IMG/VR virus record: IMGVR_UViG_3300045988_115574
Coordinates: 1 to 21,111 of that record
Source: a virus
Lineage: Duplodnaviria > Heunggongvirae > Uroviricota > Caudoviricetes
Length of the DNA stretch: 21,111 nt
Direction: 5' to 3' (one strand)
Shown here: piece after piece, positions 10,281-18,537 of the stretch
Layout of the letters: the number at the start of each line of letters is the position of its first letter
Numbering within the stretch: position 1 is the first letter of the stretch
Notes under the pieces: model-generated
Told to the model about the DNA's origin: nothing
What the model saw: only the letters and a program-made list of their open reading frames with translations
Databases searched by the model: none
Program-made: the position numbers and the translations under genes

Positions 10281-11233
10281 TGGCTGATTCGAATCTCAAT
10301 GAGCCGGTAATCATCCAGGCTACGCGGCTCGACACATCAGTCCTTCCGCGTAATATCTTCTCGCAGTCATATCTGCTGTACGTTATTGCACAGGGTGCTG
10401 ATGTTGGTAACGTGGCTAACAAGGCCAACGAAGCAGGGAAGGGGGCTTATGATGCACAGGTGAAGAATGATGAGCAGGATGTCACCCTTGCAGACCATGA
10501 ATCCAGAATTGAAGCTGCTGAATCAACTCTCATCAATCATGAACATAGAATTGCAGCAGCGGAAAGCACTCTTGCAGATCATGAAACAAGGATTACGGCT
10601 GCTGAAACAGAGCTGGCTGATCACGATACGCGAATTGCTGCCAATGAATCTGAGTTAGCAACCCATGATGCGCGCATAACTCAGAATACAACCGATATCG
10701 ACGCACTTGATACCAGGCTCACAGCGGCAGAAGGAAGTATTTCGACGCTACAAAGCACAGTTGGTGATCACTCAACAAGAATATCTGCGCTTGAGTATGC
10801 CACCACGCGCAAGAAATCAGAGGTTGTTTACTCAGGAGTATCTGTAACCATCCCGACAGCGCCGACCAACCTTGTTAGCCTGCTGAAAACGCTCACGCCG
10901 TCATCCGGCACATTGGCACCATTCTTCGACACCGTTAACAACAAGATGGTTGTGTTCAACGAGAACAAAACCCTGTTCTTCAAGCTGTCGATCGTCGGGA
11001 CGTGGCCCAGCGGAACCGCCAACAGGTCAATGCAGCTAACCTTTTCCGGCTCTGTTCCTGACACGTTGGTCAGCAGTCGTAATGCGGCGACAACAACCGA
11101 CAACATCCTGTTAGCTACGTTCTTCAGCGTGGATAAAGATGGCTTTCTTGCCTCAAATGGCAGTACGTTAACCATCCAGTCAAATGGTGCGGCGTTTACT
11201 GCCACAACCATCAAGATAATCGCGGAGCAGTGA
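10280..11233 (+). CDS. 26: tail needle protein (gp26 homolog) with extended repeat region and a distinct C-terminal domain
   Basis: N-terminal ~70 aa [68 protein letters not shown] match P22 gp26 as recalled. Then 14-residue tandem repeats and a ~140-aa C-terminal region absent from the 233-aa P22 protein; total 317 aa. Confidence 0.85.
   Translation: MADSNLNEPVIIQATRLDTSVLPRNIFSQSYLLYVIAQGADVGNVANKANEAGKGAYDAQVKNDEQDVTLADHESRIEAAESTLINHEHRIAAAESTLADHETRITAAETELADHDTRIAANESELATHDARITQNTTDIDALDTRLTAAEGSISTLQSTVGDHSTRISALEYATTRKKSEVVYSGVSVTIPTAPTNLVSLLKTLTPSSGTLAPFFDTVNNKMVVFNENKTLFFKLSIVGTWPSGTANRSMQLTFSGSVPDTLVSSRNAATTTDNILLATFFSVDKDGFLASNGSTLTIQSNGAAFTATTIKIIAEQ
10487..10696 (+). repeat. 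five tandem 42-bp (14-codon) repeats within the tail needle gene
   Basis: Protein repeats [14 protein letters not shown] / [14 protein letters not shown] / [14 protein letters not shown] / [14 protein letters not shown] / [14 protein letters not shown], with more degenerate copies continuing to about 10795. Confidence 0.8.
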
Positions 11234-11688
11234 TGATTCAGTTCAAACCAACGCGAAACATCGACCTGATCGAAGCAGTAGGAAATCACCCTGACATTAT
11301 CGCCGGGAGCAACAACGGCGATGGATACGACTACAAGTCTGAATGCCGTTACTTTGAGGTTAACGTGCACGGGCAGTTCGGCGGCATTGTTTACTATCAG
11401 GAGATTCAGCCGCTGACATTCGATTGCCACGCCATGTACCTGCCAGAGATTCGAGGCTTCAGCAAGGAAATCGGACTGTCGTTCTGGAGATACATTCTGA
11501 CTAACACCACCGTTCAGTGCGTCACATCGTTCGCTGCACGCAAATTCCGCCACGGTCAGATGTATTGCGCGATGATTGGCCTTAAGCGTGTAGGAACCAT
11601 CAAGAAATACTTCAAAGGCGTGGATGACGTGACTTTTTACAGCGCCACACGCGAAGAACTAATCGAATTCCTGAATCACGGGAGATAG
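11233..11688 (+). CDS. 14: gp14-position protein (virion assembly/ejection-associated in P22), assigned by synteny
   Basis: ORF between gp26 and gp7 as in P22. ATG at 11233 overlaps the gp26 stop (TGATG); an in-frame GTG at 11230 is an alternative start. I cannot recall the P22 gp14 sequence to confirm homology. Confidence 0.5.
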   Translation: MIQFKPTRNIDLIEAVGNHPDIIAGSNNGDGYDYKSECRYFEVNVHGQFGGIVYYQEIQPLTFDCHAMYLPEIRGFSKEIGLSFWRYILTNTTVQCVTSFAARKFRHGQMYCAMIGLKRVGTIKKYFKGVDDVTFYSATREELIEFLNHGR

Positions 11689-11690
11689 CC

Positions 11691-12383
11691 ATGTTATATG
11701 CATTTAAGCTGGGCAGAAAACTGCGCGGCGAGGAACCTTATTGCCCTGAAAAAGGCGGGAAAGGTGGCAGTTCTGATAAAAGCGCAAAGTATGCCGCAGA
11801 AGCCCAGAAGTATGCCGCAGACCTGCAAAATCAGCAGTTCAACACCATCATGAACAACCTGAAGCCGTTTACTCCTCTGGCTGATAAGTATGTCGGCAGC
11901 CTCGAGAACTTATCGTCTCTGGAAGGGCAAGGTCAGGCACTTAACCAGTATTACAACTCTCAGCAGTACAAAGATCTTGCTGGTCAGGCTCGCTATCAGA
12001 GTCTGGCGGCAGCGGAAGCAACAGGTGGATTGGGTTCCACTGCAACCGGTAATCAGTTAGCAACAATCGCACCAACGCTTGGTCAGCAATGGCTATCTGG
12101 TCAGATGAACAACTACCAGAATCTGGCAAATATTGGTCTTGGCGCACTGCAAGGTCAGGCAAACGCCGGGCAAACATATGCCAACAATATGAGTCAGATT
12201 TCGCAGCAAAGTGCGGCTCTTGCAGCGGCAAATGCCAACAGACCATCAGCAATGCAATCTGCTATTGGCGGAGGTGCGTCTGGTGCTATTGCTGGGGCCG
12301 GACTTGCGAAATTAATTGGTTCATCAACTCCGTGGGGGGCTGCGATCGGCGGCGGTCTTGGTCTGCTTGGCTCGTTGTTTTAA
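11691..12383 (+). CDS. 7: ejection (E) protein gp7 homolog
   Basis: 230-codon ORF (P22 gp7 is 229 aa) with GGAGA SD. Q/N/G/A-rich low-complexity sequence with glycine-rich hydrophobic C-terminus. Position after gp14. Confidence 0.85.
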   Translation: MLYAFKLGRKLRGEEPYCPEKGGKGGSSDKSAKYAAEAQKYAADLQNQQFNTIMNNLKPFTPLADKYVGSLENLSSLEGQGQALNQYYNSQQYKDLAGQARYQSLAAAEATGGLGSTATGNQLATIAPTLGQQWLSGQMNNYQNLANIGLGALQGQANAGQTYANNMSQISQQSAALAAANANRPSAMQSAIGGGASGAIAGAGLAKLIGSSTPWGAAIGGGLGLLGSLF

Positions 12384-12393
12384 GGGGTAATCA

Positions 12394-13809
12394 ATGGCTA
12401 CGTGGCAACAGGGTATTAATTCTGGTGGTTTTCTGGCTGGCATCGGTACGCAAAATGAGAATGCGCCAAAGGCAAGCGACATTAACGCAACGCTTGGTCT
12501 GATCCGCGAAAACAATGAACTGGCTCGCTCAGGTGCAAATAACATTGGTCTGACCGCGTTACGTGGTCTGGCTGGAGTTGCTGATATTTACAATCAGGAA
12601 CAGCAACAGAAAGCTATTAGTGCGTTCAATAAGGTTCACGCTGATGCATGGGCTTCTGGTGATCCATCTGGACTATTTAAGTTTGCCCAGGAAAATCCAG
12701 CGTTTGTTGCACAGGCACAACAGGCGTTTTCCGGTCTTAATGAGCAGCAACGCAACGATATGGGCGATTTAGCCATGAGGGCTAACGTCGCTCTTTCCCA
12801 GGGACCGGAAGCCTACAGTAAATTCATTACTGACAACAAGGACAGGTTAAATCGCGTGGGGGCGAATGCTGACTGGATGATTCAGACAGGTATCCAGAAT
12901 CCAGAGCAGCTATCACACATGCTGACTACTATGTCTCTCGGTGCGCTTGGACCAGAAAAGGCGTTTGCTGTTCAGGACAAGATGGCTGGTCGTGAAATTG
13001 ACCGAGGCAAACTGGCAGAGACAATCCGCAGCAATCAGGCTGGAGAAGCACTTCAGGCGAGAGGGCAAAACCTTTCCTATCAGTCAGCAATGACTGGGCA
13101 CAATATCGCAGCACAACGCTTGGCTCTGGATCAGCAAGAGTTCGGGTTTAAGATGCAGCAAGCACAGGAAAAGGCTCAGCAGTTGATTAGCGAAGCACCT
13201 AAGCTGTCAGTAAACATGGAAAAAGGCATCGAGACGGCTGTAAACAATGCTACAGCATCATCAAACTCAGCCAATTCTATGAGTGCGCTTGCTCAACAGT
13301 TCAGAGCAGAAAAACCAACGACAGGTTTGTTCGGTAACGCACAGAACATGTTCGCAAAACTTACCGGAAGCGATACAACATTGCGTGATTTGCGCATCCG
13401 CCAAAATGCCCTTGTTAACAGTCAGGTTCTTAAATTCCTACCTCCCGGCCCCGCAACGGATAAAGACGTTGAGATCGTTCGACAGGGTGCTCCAACTGAC
13501 ATGGATAACCCTGAGACGGTAGCAAGATGGCTTGATGCAATGGCAAACCTTGAGCGACGAAACGCGCAGTTTAATGAGTTTAAAGCCGAGTGGATGAGCG
13601 CGAATGGCAACCCTGGACAATCGCGTAATGGCGGTCAGATATTGGGGTTGGATGTTAAAAAAGGTGAATCATTGGGGAGTGCCGTTAAGCGGTATATGTC
13701 AATGAATACTGACGCAGCGCCAGCACAAGATTCGACACCTTCAGGAGAACCACGGAATCAGGTTGGATCATATACCTCAAAATCAGGCATTCAATTTACG
13801 GTGGAATGA
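12394..13809 (+). CDS. 20: ejection (E) protein gp20 homolog
   Basis: 471-aa ORF (P22 gp20 is 471 aa), SD aagggg 7 nt upstream. Position between gp7 and gp16. Confidence 0.85.
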   Translation: MATWQQGINSGGFLAGIGTQNENAPKASDINATLGLIRENNELARSGANNIGLTALRGLAGVADIYNQEQQQKAISAFNKVHADAWASGDPSGLFKFAQENPAFVAQAQQAFSGLNEQQRNDMGDLAMRANVALSQGPEAYSKFITDNKDRLNRVGANADWMIQTGIQNPEQLSHMLTTMSLGALGPEKAFAVQDKMAGREIDRGKLAETIRSNQAGEALQARGQNLSYQSAMTGHNIAAQRLALDQQEFGFKMQQAQEKAQQLISEAPKLSVNMEKGIETAVNNATASSNSANSMSALAQQFRAEKPTTGLFGNAQNMFAKLTGSDTTLRDLRIRQNALVNSQVLKFLPPGPATDKDVEIVRQGAPTDMDNPETVARWLDAMANLERRNAQFNEFKAEWMSANGNPGQSRNGGQILGLDVKKGESLGSAVKRYMSMNTDAAPAQDSTPSGEPRNQVGSYTSKSGIQFTVE

Positions 13810-15647
13810 TGAAAGTAACTGCAAACGGTAAGACATTTACCTTCCCTGATGGTACGAGCACGGAAGATATTGGCACCGCCATTGATGAGTATTTTGCTGG
13901 TCAGGCTGTTCAGCAACAAACAGTTAATCAGGCCAATAATGAACCAGCACGTGAAGAACCATCATTGATGCAACAAGCTGGCGATTGGCTCACAGGTGGT
14001 CAAAGTGCAGGGCAAATTGCAGAGCAGGCTGGTCGTGGTCTGGTAAACATACCATTTGACGTATTGCAGGGCGGCGCAAGTCTGATTAATGCAATCAGTC
14101 AGGGGCTTGGTGGACCCAAGGTTTTGGATGATGTTTATCGTCCAGTAGACAGACCGACAGACCCATACGCACAAGCCGGTGAAACAATTGGTGGGTATTT
14201 AGTTCCAGGAGTTGGAACGGCAGGAAGCATGGCTATTGGATCACTGGCAGAGGCCGCAAATCAGAAAGGCGATTTCGCACAAAATGCAGCTAAAAATGCC
14301 GGAGTTAACCTTGCCGCTCAGGGGGTTCTTTCCGCAGCAGCAAAGGGAATAGGGCGTGGAATAACGGCTATAAAAGGTGATATTGCGCCAGAAGTGGCGA
14401 AGAAAATTGCCACATCAGAATCGATGGGCGTGACACCAATGACATCTGATGTTATCCCGCCGAAAAATGCTTTCACTCGCGGCCTTACTCAGGATGCCGA
14501 GGGGGCTTTGCTCGGGACAGGCTCAAAGCGAGCGGAGCAATATGCAACGCGTAGTAAGTTGGTAAGTAATTATTTTGACCGTTTTGGTGAGTACAACCCG
14601 GATGATGTGGTGAAATCTCTGACCACCACGTTAAGGGGACGGAAGGATGCCGCTGGCGCTGTTATCAATGACGTCACCAATAAAATGGGGGATGCCGCAG
14701 TTGATACCACAAACACTATGAATGCTCTGAATACAGCGATCGCAAGACAGGAACGGCTTGGGACGTCTGCCAATCAAAGCCTGCTTACATCCTTGCGTAA
14801 CCTACGCGAAGAATTAGCAAACCCTGCAACTGATTTGGATGTTACGTTTGATCTCTTGCGTCAGCACAGAACTGCATTTAGATCTAATGTTCAGGGAGAT
14901 GCTATGGTCTTCCCCAACCAGGCAAAAGCAGCTACCAATATGGTAGAGAATGCAATGTCAAAAGACCTTCGTAACGCAGTTGCTAAAAACCTCGGTGCAT
15001 CAGACGCAGCAAAATACCTTAAAGCAAATTCCGATTATGCAAACGTTTATAATAAGGTGCTTAATAAAAACATTGCCAACAAGCTCAACAAGGCAAGCAG
15101 TGAAGCCAGTCCTGAACTTATAAATACCGTTGTATTAAGCAGAAAACCATCTGACGTGAAACGAATCTGGAGCGCATTGGATGATAAAGGGAAAGATGCT
15201 ATGCGTGCAGCTTACGTCAGCAAAATAGCGGAAAAGGCCGGTGACTCTCCAGCCAAGTTCATCACTGAAGTTAATAAGCTTAAATCTCAGTCAGGCGGTG
15301 AAATTTACAACACTATTTTTTCTGGAAAGCACATGAAAGAGCTCGATGCTCTTCATGAAGTTCTACAGCAAACAGCAAGGTCAGACACCGCAAATGTAGT
15401 AACTCAGACGGGACAATCACAAGCCAACAGGATAAGGACGATTGGCGCAACTGCGACTCTTGGAGTATCAATGGGGATTGAGGCTGGTTTTGGTGCAATG
15501 ATGCGTTTGTATGAGTCCAAAGCAGCAAGGAATGCGCTCTTACGTCTGGCAAACACTAAAGCTGGAACGCCAGCTTATGAAAGAGCGCTAAATCAGGCTG
15601 CTACTGCCGTGCGCCCGCTCTTAGCTAACGAAGCGACCCGGCAGTAG
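13806..15647 (+). CDS. 16: ejection (E) protein gp16 homolog
   Basis: 613-aa ORF overlapping the gp20 stop (ATGA). P22 gp16 is about 609 aa. Last gene of the rightward structural block before the immI region. Confidence 0.85.
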   Translation: MMKVTANGKTFTFPDGTSTEDIGTAIDEYFAGQAVQQQTVNQANNEPAREEPSLMQQAGDWLTGGQSAGQIAEQAGRGLVNIPFDVLQGGASLINAISQGLGGPKVLDDVYRPVDRPTDPYAQAGETIGGYLVPGVGTAGSMAIGSLAEAANQKGDFAQNAAKNAGVNLAAQGVLSAAAKGIGRGITAIKGDIAPEVAKKIATSESMGVTPMTSDVIPPKNAFTRGLTQDAEGALLGTGSKRAEQYATRSKLVSNYFDRFGEYNPDDVVKSLTTTLRGRKDAAGAVINDVTNKMGDAAVDTTNTMNALNTAIARQERLGTSANQSLLTSLRNLREELANPATDLDVTFDLLRQHRTAFRSNVQGDAMVFPNQAKAATNMVENAMSKDLRNAVAKNLGASDAAKYLKANSDYANVYNKVLNKNIANKLNKASSEASPELINTVVLSRKPSDVKRIWSALDDKGKDAMRAAYVSKIAEKAGDSPAKFITEVNKLKSQSGGEIYNTIFSGKHMKELDALHEVLQQTARSDTANVVTQTGQSQANRIRTIGATATLGVSMGIEAGFGAMMRLYESKAARNALLRLANTKAGTPAYERALNQAATAVRPLLANEATRQ

Positions 15648-15669
15648 CACTGTAAGCCAAGGACGGCAT

Positions 15670-16236
15670 TTATTTTATAGTTTTTATGAATTCTTTATTA
15701 AATCCCTTAGCTTCTCCGGGGTATCTTCCAAAGACAATTTTTATAAAAACAGAAAAAATAAAGATAGCAACGCTTAACAACAGTTGCAGTATCATTGGAA
15801 CCCAAAGAACTACAGGCTCTATATTCATGAAACCAAATATTCTTCCGGCGATCATGGCGAAGTACCACACTGTTATCAGCAAACTTAGTGGCATATGAAT
15901 TACTGATATTACCAATCCAAGAGCATCAGTAATTCTATTTTCAAATTTTTCAGGGGAAAACTTTTCTTTAAGGTAATTCAGTGCGCAGGTCTCATTCTCT
16001 GGATTTTCAGCATTTTTCCCTATAGCAATAGAAATCTCAGATATCCTTGATTCAATTCTTTTGCGTTTAATAAAACTAGAAAAAAAGAACCACGCAATCT
16101 GCAACCCTATCCCCATAAATAGAGTTGCGGCAACTAGCACAGCGTAACTCATAGAATCAGACACACCAACCTCTTTAGTTTTTCTAGTTACTTTGTCACG
16201 ATAGGATATGCGAATTGATAAAACTAAATTGCGCAC
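15670..16236 (-). CDS. AT-rich gene for a 3-TM inner-membrane protein in the position of P22 sieA (superinfection exclusion); start uncertain (GTG 16236, or internal GTG/ATG near 16170-16152)
   Basis: Minus-strand ORF convergent with gp16 (22-nt gap). Three hydrophobic helices ([74 protein letters not shown]) separated by a ~50-aa charged loop. Local GC is far below the structural genes. Confidence 0.6.
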   Translation of the reverse strand: MRNLVLSIRISYRDKVTRKTKEVGVSDSMSYAVLVAATLFMGIGLQIAWFFFSSFIKRKRIESRISEISIAIGKNAENPENETCALNYLKEKFSPEKFENRITDALGLVISVIHMPLSLLITVWYFAMIAGRIFGFMNIEPVVLWVPMILQLLLSVAIFIFSVFIKIVFGRYPGEAKGFNKEFIKTIK

Positions 16237-16381
16237 ATGATAACTCAGTAATAATTGTTAATGAAAACATGATCACCTATATTGCACAAGGCGAAACAGG
16301 AAGCATAATCTGGTTTCATGAGTGTGATCACGTTTGGGTAAATCAAAGTCAAGAGGAAATACTTGAAATTATCAAAAATAA

Positions 16382-16963
16382 CTATCTAAACGTTGCACAC
16401 GACTCATCTATCCATTTTTCATAAAATTGTATACCGAGATAGGCAAGAACAGATGGATGTATATCAACAAGCTTTTCGCCAAGATGTTCTGTTGGAGGTG
16501 GATAATCTTTGCCTTGGTTTCTTACGGTTATAGGCATAGTTGTTGCTGGATGAAACTCAACTATCATAGGGTCGCCTTCGTATTTTGCTATTTTCCCTGT
16601 TGAATCAATGATTAACTCTTTAATATAATGGCTTCTTGCTCCCGGAAATGCCCCAAGAGTAGTATAAGGAGGTTCAAGTTTTGAGATTTCCATAGTGGAA
16701 TGATGATCAGCATTTCTTGCTTGGTGAAGGTAAGCAAGTGTTTTGTCTGTTTTTCTAAGCATGAACTTTTGGTTGAAGTGGCTGCTAAATTTTCCACTAA
16801 CCGGCTTTGTTGCACAGAGCAACTTACTGAAAGACTTTTCTATATGCCCAAGACATTCTCGCCAGTGCATTTCAAAATCATCATGGTTTGTAGATGATTT
16901 CATCTGCTCTAGGCACTTTTTAGCTGCGATGATTTCTTTTTTTGCTGGGTTGTAATCGATCAT
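16382..16963 (-). CDS. hypothetical 193-aa soluble protein, translationally coupled to mnt (hkcC-like position in P22 immI)
   Basis: ATG at 16963-16961 overlaps the mnt stop (ATGA on the minus strand). SD aagga 9 nt upstream. AT-rich. No motif I can assign. Confidence 0.65.
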   Translation of the reverse strand: MIDYNPAKKEIIAAKKCLEQMKSSTNHDDFEMHWRECLGHIEKSFSKLLCATKPVSGKFSSHFNQKFMLRKTDKTLAYLHQARNADHHSTMEISKLEPPYTTLGAFPGARSHYIKELIIDSTGKIAKYEGDPMIVEFHPATTMPITVRNQGKDYPPPTEHLGEKLVDIHPSVLAYLGIQFYEKWIDESCATFR

Positions 16964-17214
16964 TTTGCATCCTTGCCATACATGTTTTTAAGTGTCTCAA
17001 ATACCACAGACTTGAACTGTTCAGCCTGCATCTCGGCTAATCGTTCAGCTTCATTGCGATAACCTTTTACAGGAGATGGTCTCGATAGAGCATCTTGGAC
17101 GATTTGCAACAATTCTGAGTTCATTGATCTACCATTTGACTCTGCTCTGTATTTTAATTTTTCTCTTACTTCCAAAGGCATGCGGAAGTTAAAGTGCGGA
17201 TCATCTCTAGCCAT
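16960..17214 (-). CDS. mnt: Mnt repressor (ribbon-helix-helix, Arc/MetJ family)
   Basis: Translation MARDDPHFNFRMPLEVREKLKYRAESNGRSMNSELLQIVQDALSRPSPVKGYRNEAERLAEMQ... is near-identical to P22 Mnt as recalled. Confidence 0.95.
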   Translation of the reverse strand: MARDDPHFNFRMPLEVREKLKYRAESNGRSMNSELLQIVQDALSRPSPVKGYRNEAERLAEMQAEQFKSVVFETLKNMYGKDAK

Positions 17215-17236
17215 GCCATCACTCCAAGTTAGTGTA

Positions 17237-17265
17237 TTGACATGATAGAAGCACTCTACTATATT
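17237..17265 (+). promoter_or_regulatory. Pant promoter (-35 TTGACA 17237-17242, 17-nt spacer, -10 TATATT 17260-17265)
   Basis: Consensus-like sigma70 hexamers read directly, driving arc-ant rightward. The Arc operator sits between the hexamers and the Mnt operator at the start site, as described for P22 immI. Confidence 0.7.
17242..17262. promoter_or_regulatory. Arc operator
   Basis: ATGATAGAAGCACTCTACTAT matches the 21-bp P22 arc operator as recalled; lies between the -35 and -10 of Pant. Confidence 0.75.
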
Positions 17266-17270
17266 CTCAA
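17242..17270 (-). promoter_or_regulatory. Pmnt promoter (leftward; -35 TTGAGA = plus 17265-17270, -10 TATCAT = plus 17242-17247, 17-nt spacer)
   Basis: Hexamers read on the minus strand upstream of mnt; overlaps Pant face to face. Confidence 0.6.
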
Positions 17271-17290
17271 TAGGTCCACCGTGGACCTAT
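17270..17290. promoter_or_regulatory. Mnt operator (perfect 21-bp palindrome, core AGGTCCACCGTGGACCT)
   Basis: ATAGGTCCACCGTGGACCTAT is exactly self-complementary around 17280; its reverse complement reads the known P22 Mnt operator core AGGTCCACGGTGGACCT. Confidence 0.8.
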
Positions 17291-17304
17291 ATTGTGAGGT
17301 GAAC

Positions 17305-17466
17305 ATGAAAGGAATGAGCAAAATGCCGCAGTTCAATTTGCGGTGGCCTAAAGAAGTATTGGATTTGGTACGCAAGGTGGCGGAAGAGAATGGTCGGTCT
17401 GTTAACTCTGAGATTTATCAGAGAGTAATGGACAGCTTTAAGAAGGAAGGGCGTATTGGCGCGTAA
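17305..17466 (+). CDS. arc: Arc repressor
   Basis: [53 protein letters not shown] (53 aa) is near-identical to P22 Arc. ATG at 17305 with SD gaggtg. The longer ORF from 17242 is rejected. Confidence 0.95.
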   Translation: MKGMSKMPQFNLRWPKEVLDLVRKVAEENGRSVNSEIYQRVMDSFKKEGRIGA

Positions 17467-17534
17467 AGTTGAAGCCCCAACTGCGGGAACAGTCAGGGCT
17501 TCTGTTGTCAGTAAATTCGTGGAGAAAAACCAAC
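17467..17534 (-). ncRNA. sar: probable sar antisense RNA, complementary to the arc-ant intercistronic region and ant ribosome-binding site
   Basis: By analogy with P22. Candidate leftward -10 TATACT (plus 17541-17546) just inside ant. Imperfect hairpin gaagccc(17471-17477)/gggcttc(17496-17502) near the arc stop. Ends are approximate. Confidence 0.4.
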
Positions 17535-18437
17535 ATGAATAGTATAGCAATTTTAGAAGCAGTGAACACCTCTTACGTACCTTTCAATGGTCAGCAGATT
17601 ATCACCGCCATGACTGCCGGAGTTGCATATGTTGCGATGAAGCCAATCGTTGAAAACCTTGGAATGAGCTGGTCAACGCAGCAAACAAAACTCATGAAGC
17701 AGATTAGCAAATTCAACTGTGTTCATATGAACATGGTTGCCGCTGATGGTAAGCTTCGTAAGCTACTCTGCCTTCCTTTGAAGAAGTTAAATGGATGGCT
17801 GTTCAGCATCAACCCTGAGAAAGTTCGTGCTGACATCCGCGATAAACTGATTCAGTACCAGGAAGAATGCTTTACTGTGCTGCATGACTACTGGACGAAG
17901 GGAAAGGCAGAAAATGCACGTAAGAAAACATCTGTTGATGACAGGACTCCGCTTCGTGATGCTGTAAATATGCTAGTCAGCAAAAAGCATCTAATGTACC
18001 CAGAAGCTTATGCAATGATTCATCAGCGTTTCAACGTGGAAAGTATTGAAGAGCTTGATTCATCTCAGATACCGCAAGCAGTAGAGTACATCCACAGGGT
18101 AGTGCTTGAAGGCGAGTTCATCGGCAAACAAGAGAAGAAAACCAACGAGCTTTCTGCAAAAGAAGCAAACAGCCTTGTATGGTTATGGGATTATGCCAAC
18201 CGCTCACAGGCATTATTCCGCGAACTGTATCCGGCGCTAAAACAAATTCAATCGAACTATTCCGGCAGATGCTACGACTACGGTCATGAGTTCTCGTATG
18301 TTATCGGAATGGCGAGAGACGTTTTAATAAACCACACACGAGATGTTGATATTAATGAGCCAGACGGACCAACGAATCTTTCCGCATGGATGAGACTTAA
18401 GAATAAAGAATTACCTCCTTCAGTACATAACTACTGA
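17535..18437 (+). CDS. ant: antirepressor Ant (AntA-type N-terminal domain)
   Basis: 300-aa ORF from ATG 17535 with GGAGA 9 nt upstream. N-terminus [44 protein letters not shown]... matches P22 Ant as recalled. The TTG-initiated extension from 17469 is rejected. Confidence 0.9.
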   Translation: MNSIAILEAVNTSYVPFNGQQIITAMTAGVAYVAMKPIVENLGMSWSTQQTKLMKQISKFNCVHMNMVAADGKLRKLLCLPLKKLNGWLFSINPEKVRADIRDKLIQYQEECFTVLHDYWTKGKAENARKKTSVDDRTPLRDAVNMLVSKKHLMYPEAYAMIHQRFNVESIEELDSSQIPQAVEYIHRVVLEGEFIGKQEKKTNELSAKEANSLVWLWDYANRSQALFRELYPALKQIQSNYSGRCYDYGHEFSYVIGMARDVLINHTRDVDINEPDGPTNLSAWMRLKNKELPPSVHNY

Positions 18438-18455
18438 CAGATAACCAACGCAACG

Positions 18456-18480
18456 ACCCAGCTTCGGCTGGGTTTTTTTA
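18456..18480 (+). terminator. rho-independent terminator after ant
   Basis: Stem acccagc / gctgggt with loop ttcg followed by TTTTTTT. Confidence 0.75.
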
Positions 18481-18537
18481 TGCCCAAAATTCACCGTAGC
18501 CATGCTGCGGCGATTCCTTGTATCTGGAGCAAATTAA

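Noticed and set aside
10828-11553. 241-aa minus-strand ORF
   Set aside because: Entirely antisense to the gp26/gp14 coding sequence, which has clear P22-like products on the plus strand. No convincing RBS. Long antisense frames are common in GC-balanced coding DNA.
12089-12502. 137-aa plus-strand ORF overlapping gp7 and gp20 in another frame
   Set aside because: Alternate frame of a low-complexity coding region; Cys/Arg/Trp-rich translation typical of out-of-frame reading.
16215-16424. 69-aa plus-strand ORF in the AT-rich spacer between the two minus-strand immI genes
   Set aside because: TTG start (first ATG at 16269 gives 51 aa) with no SD. It overlaps both flanking genes on the opposite strand and the likely promoter of the membrane-protein gene. 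Kept only as a low-probability small protein.
17242-17466. 74-aa ORF giving an N-terminally extended Arc
   Set aside because: The extension would be translated through the Pant -35/-10 and both operators. The true start is ATG 17305 with a good SD, giving the canonical 53-aa Arc.
17469-18437. 322-aa ORF giving an N-terminally extended Ant
   Set aside because: It starts at a TTG in the arc-ant intercistronic region. The canonical [10 protein letters not shown] start at ATG 17535 has GGAGA at the right spacing.
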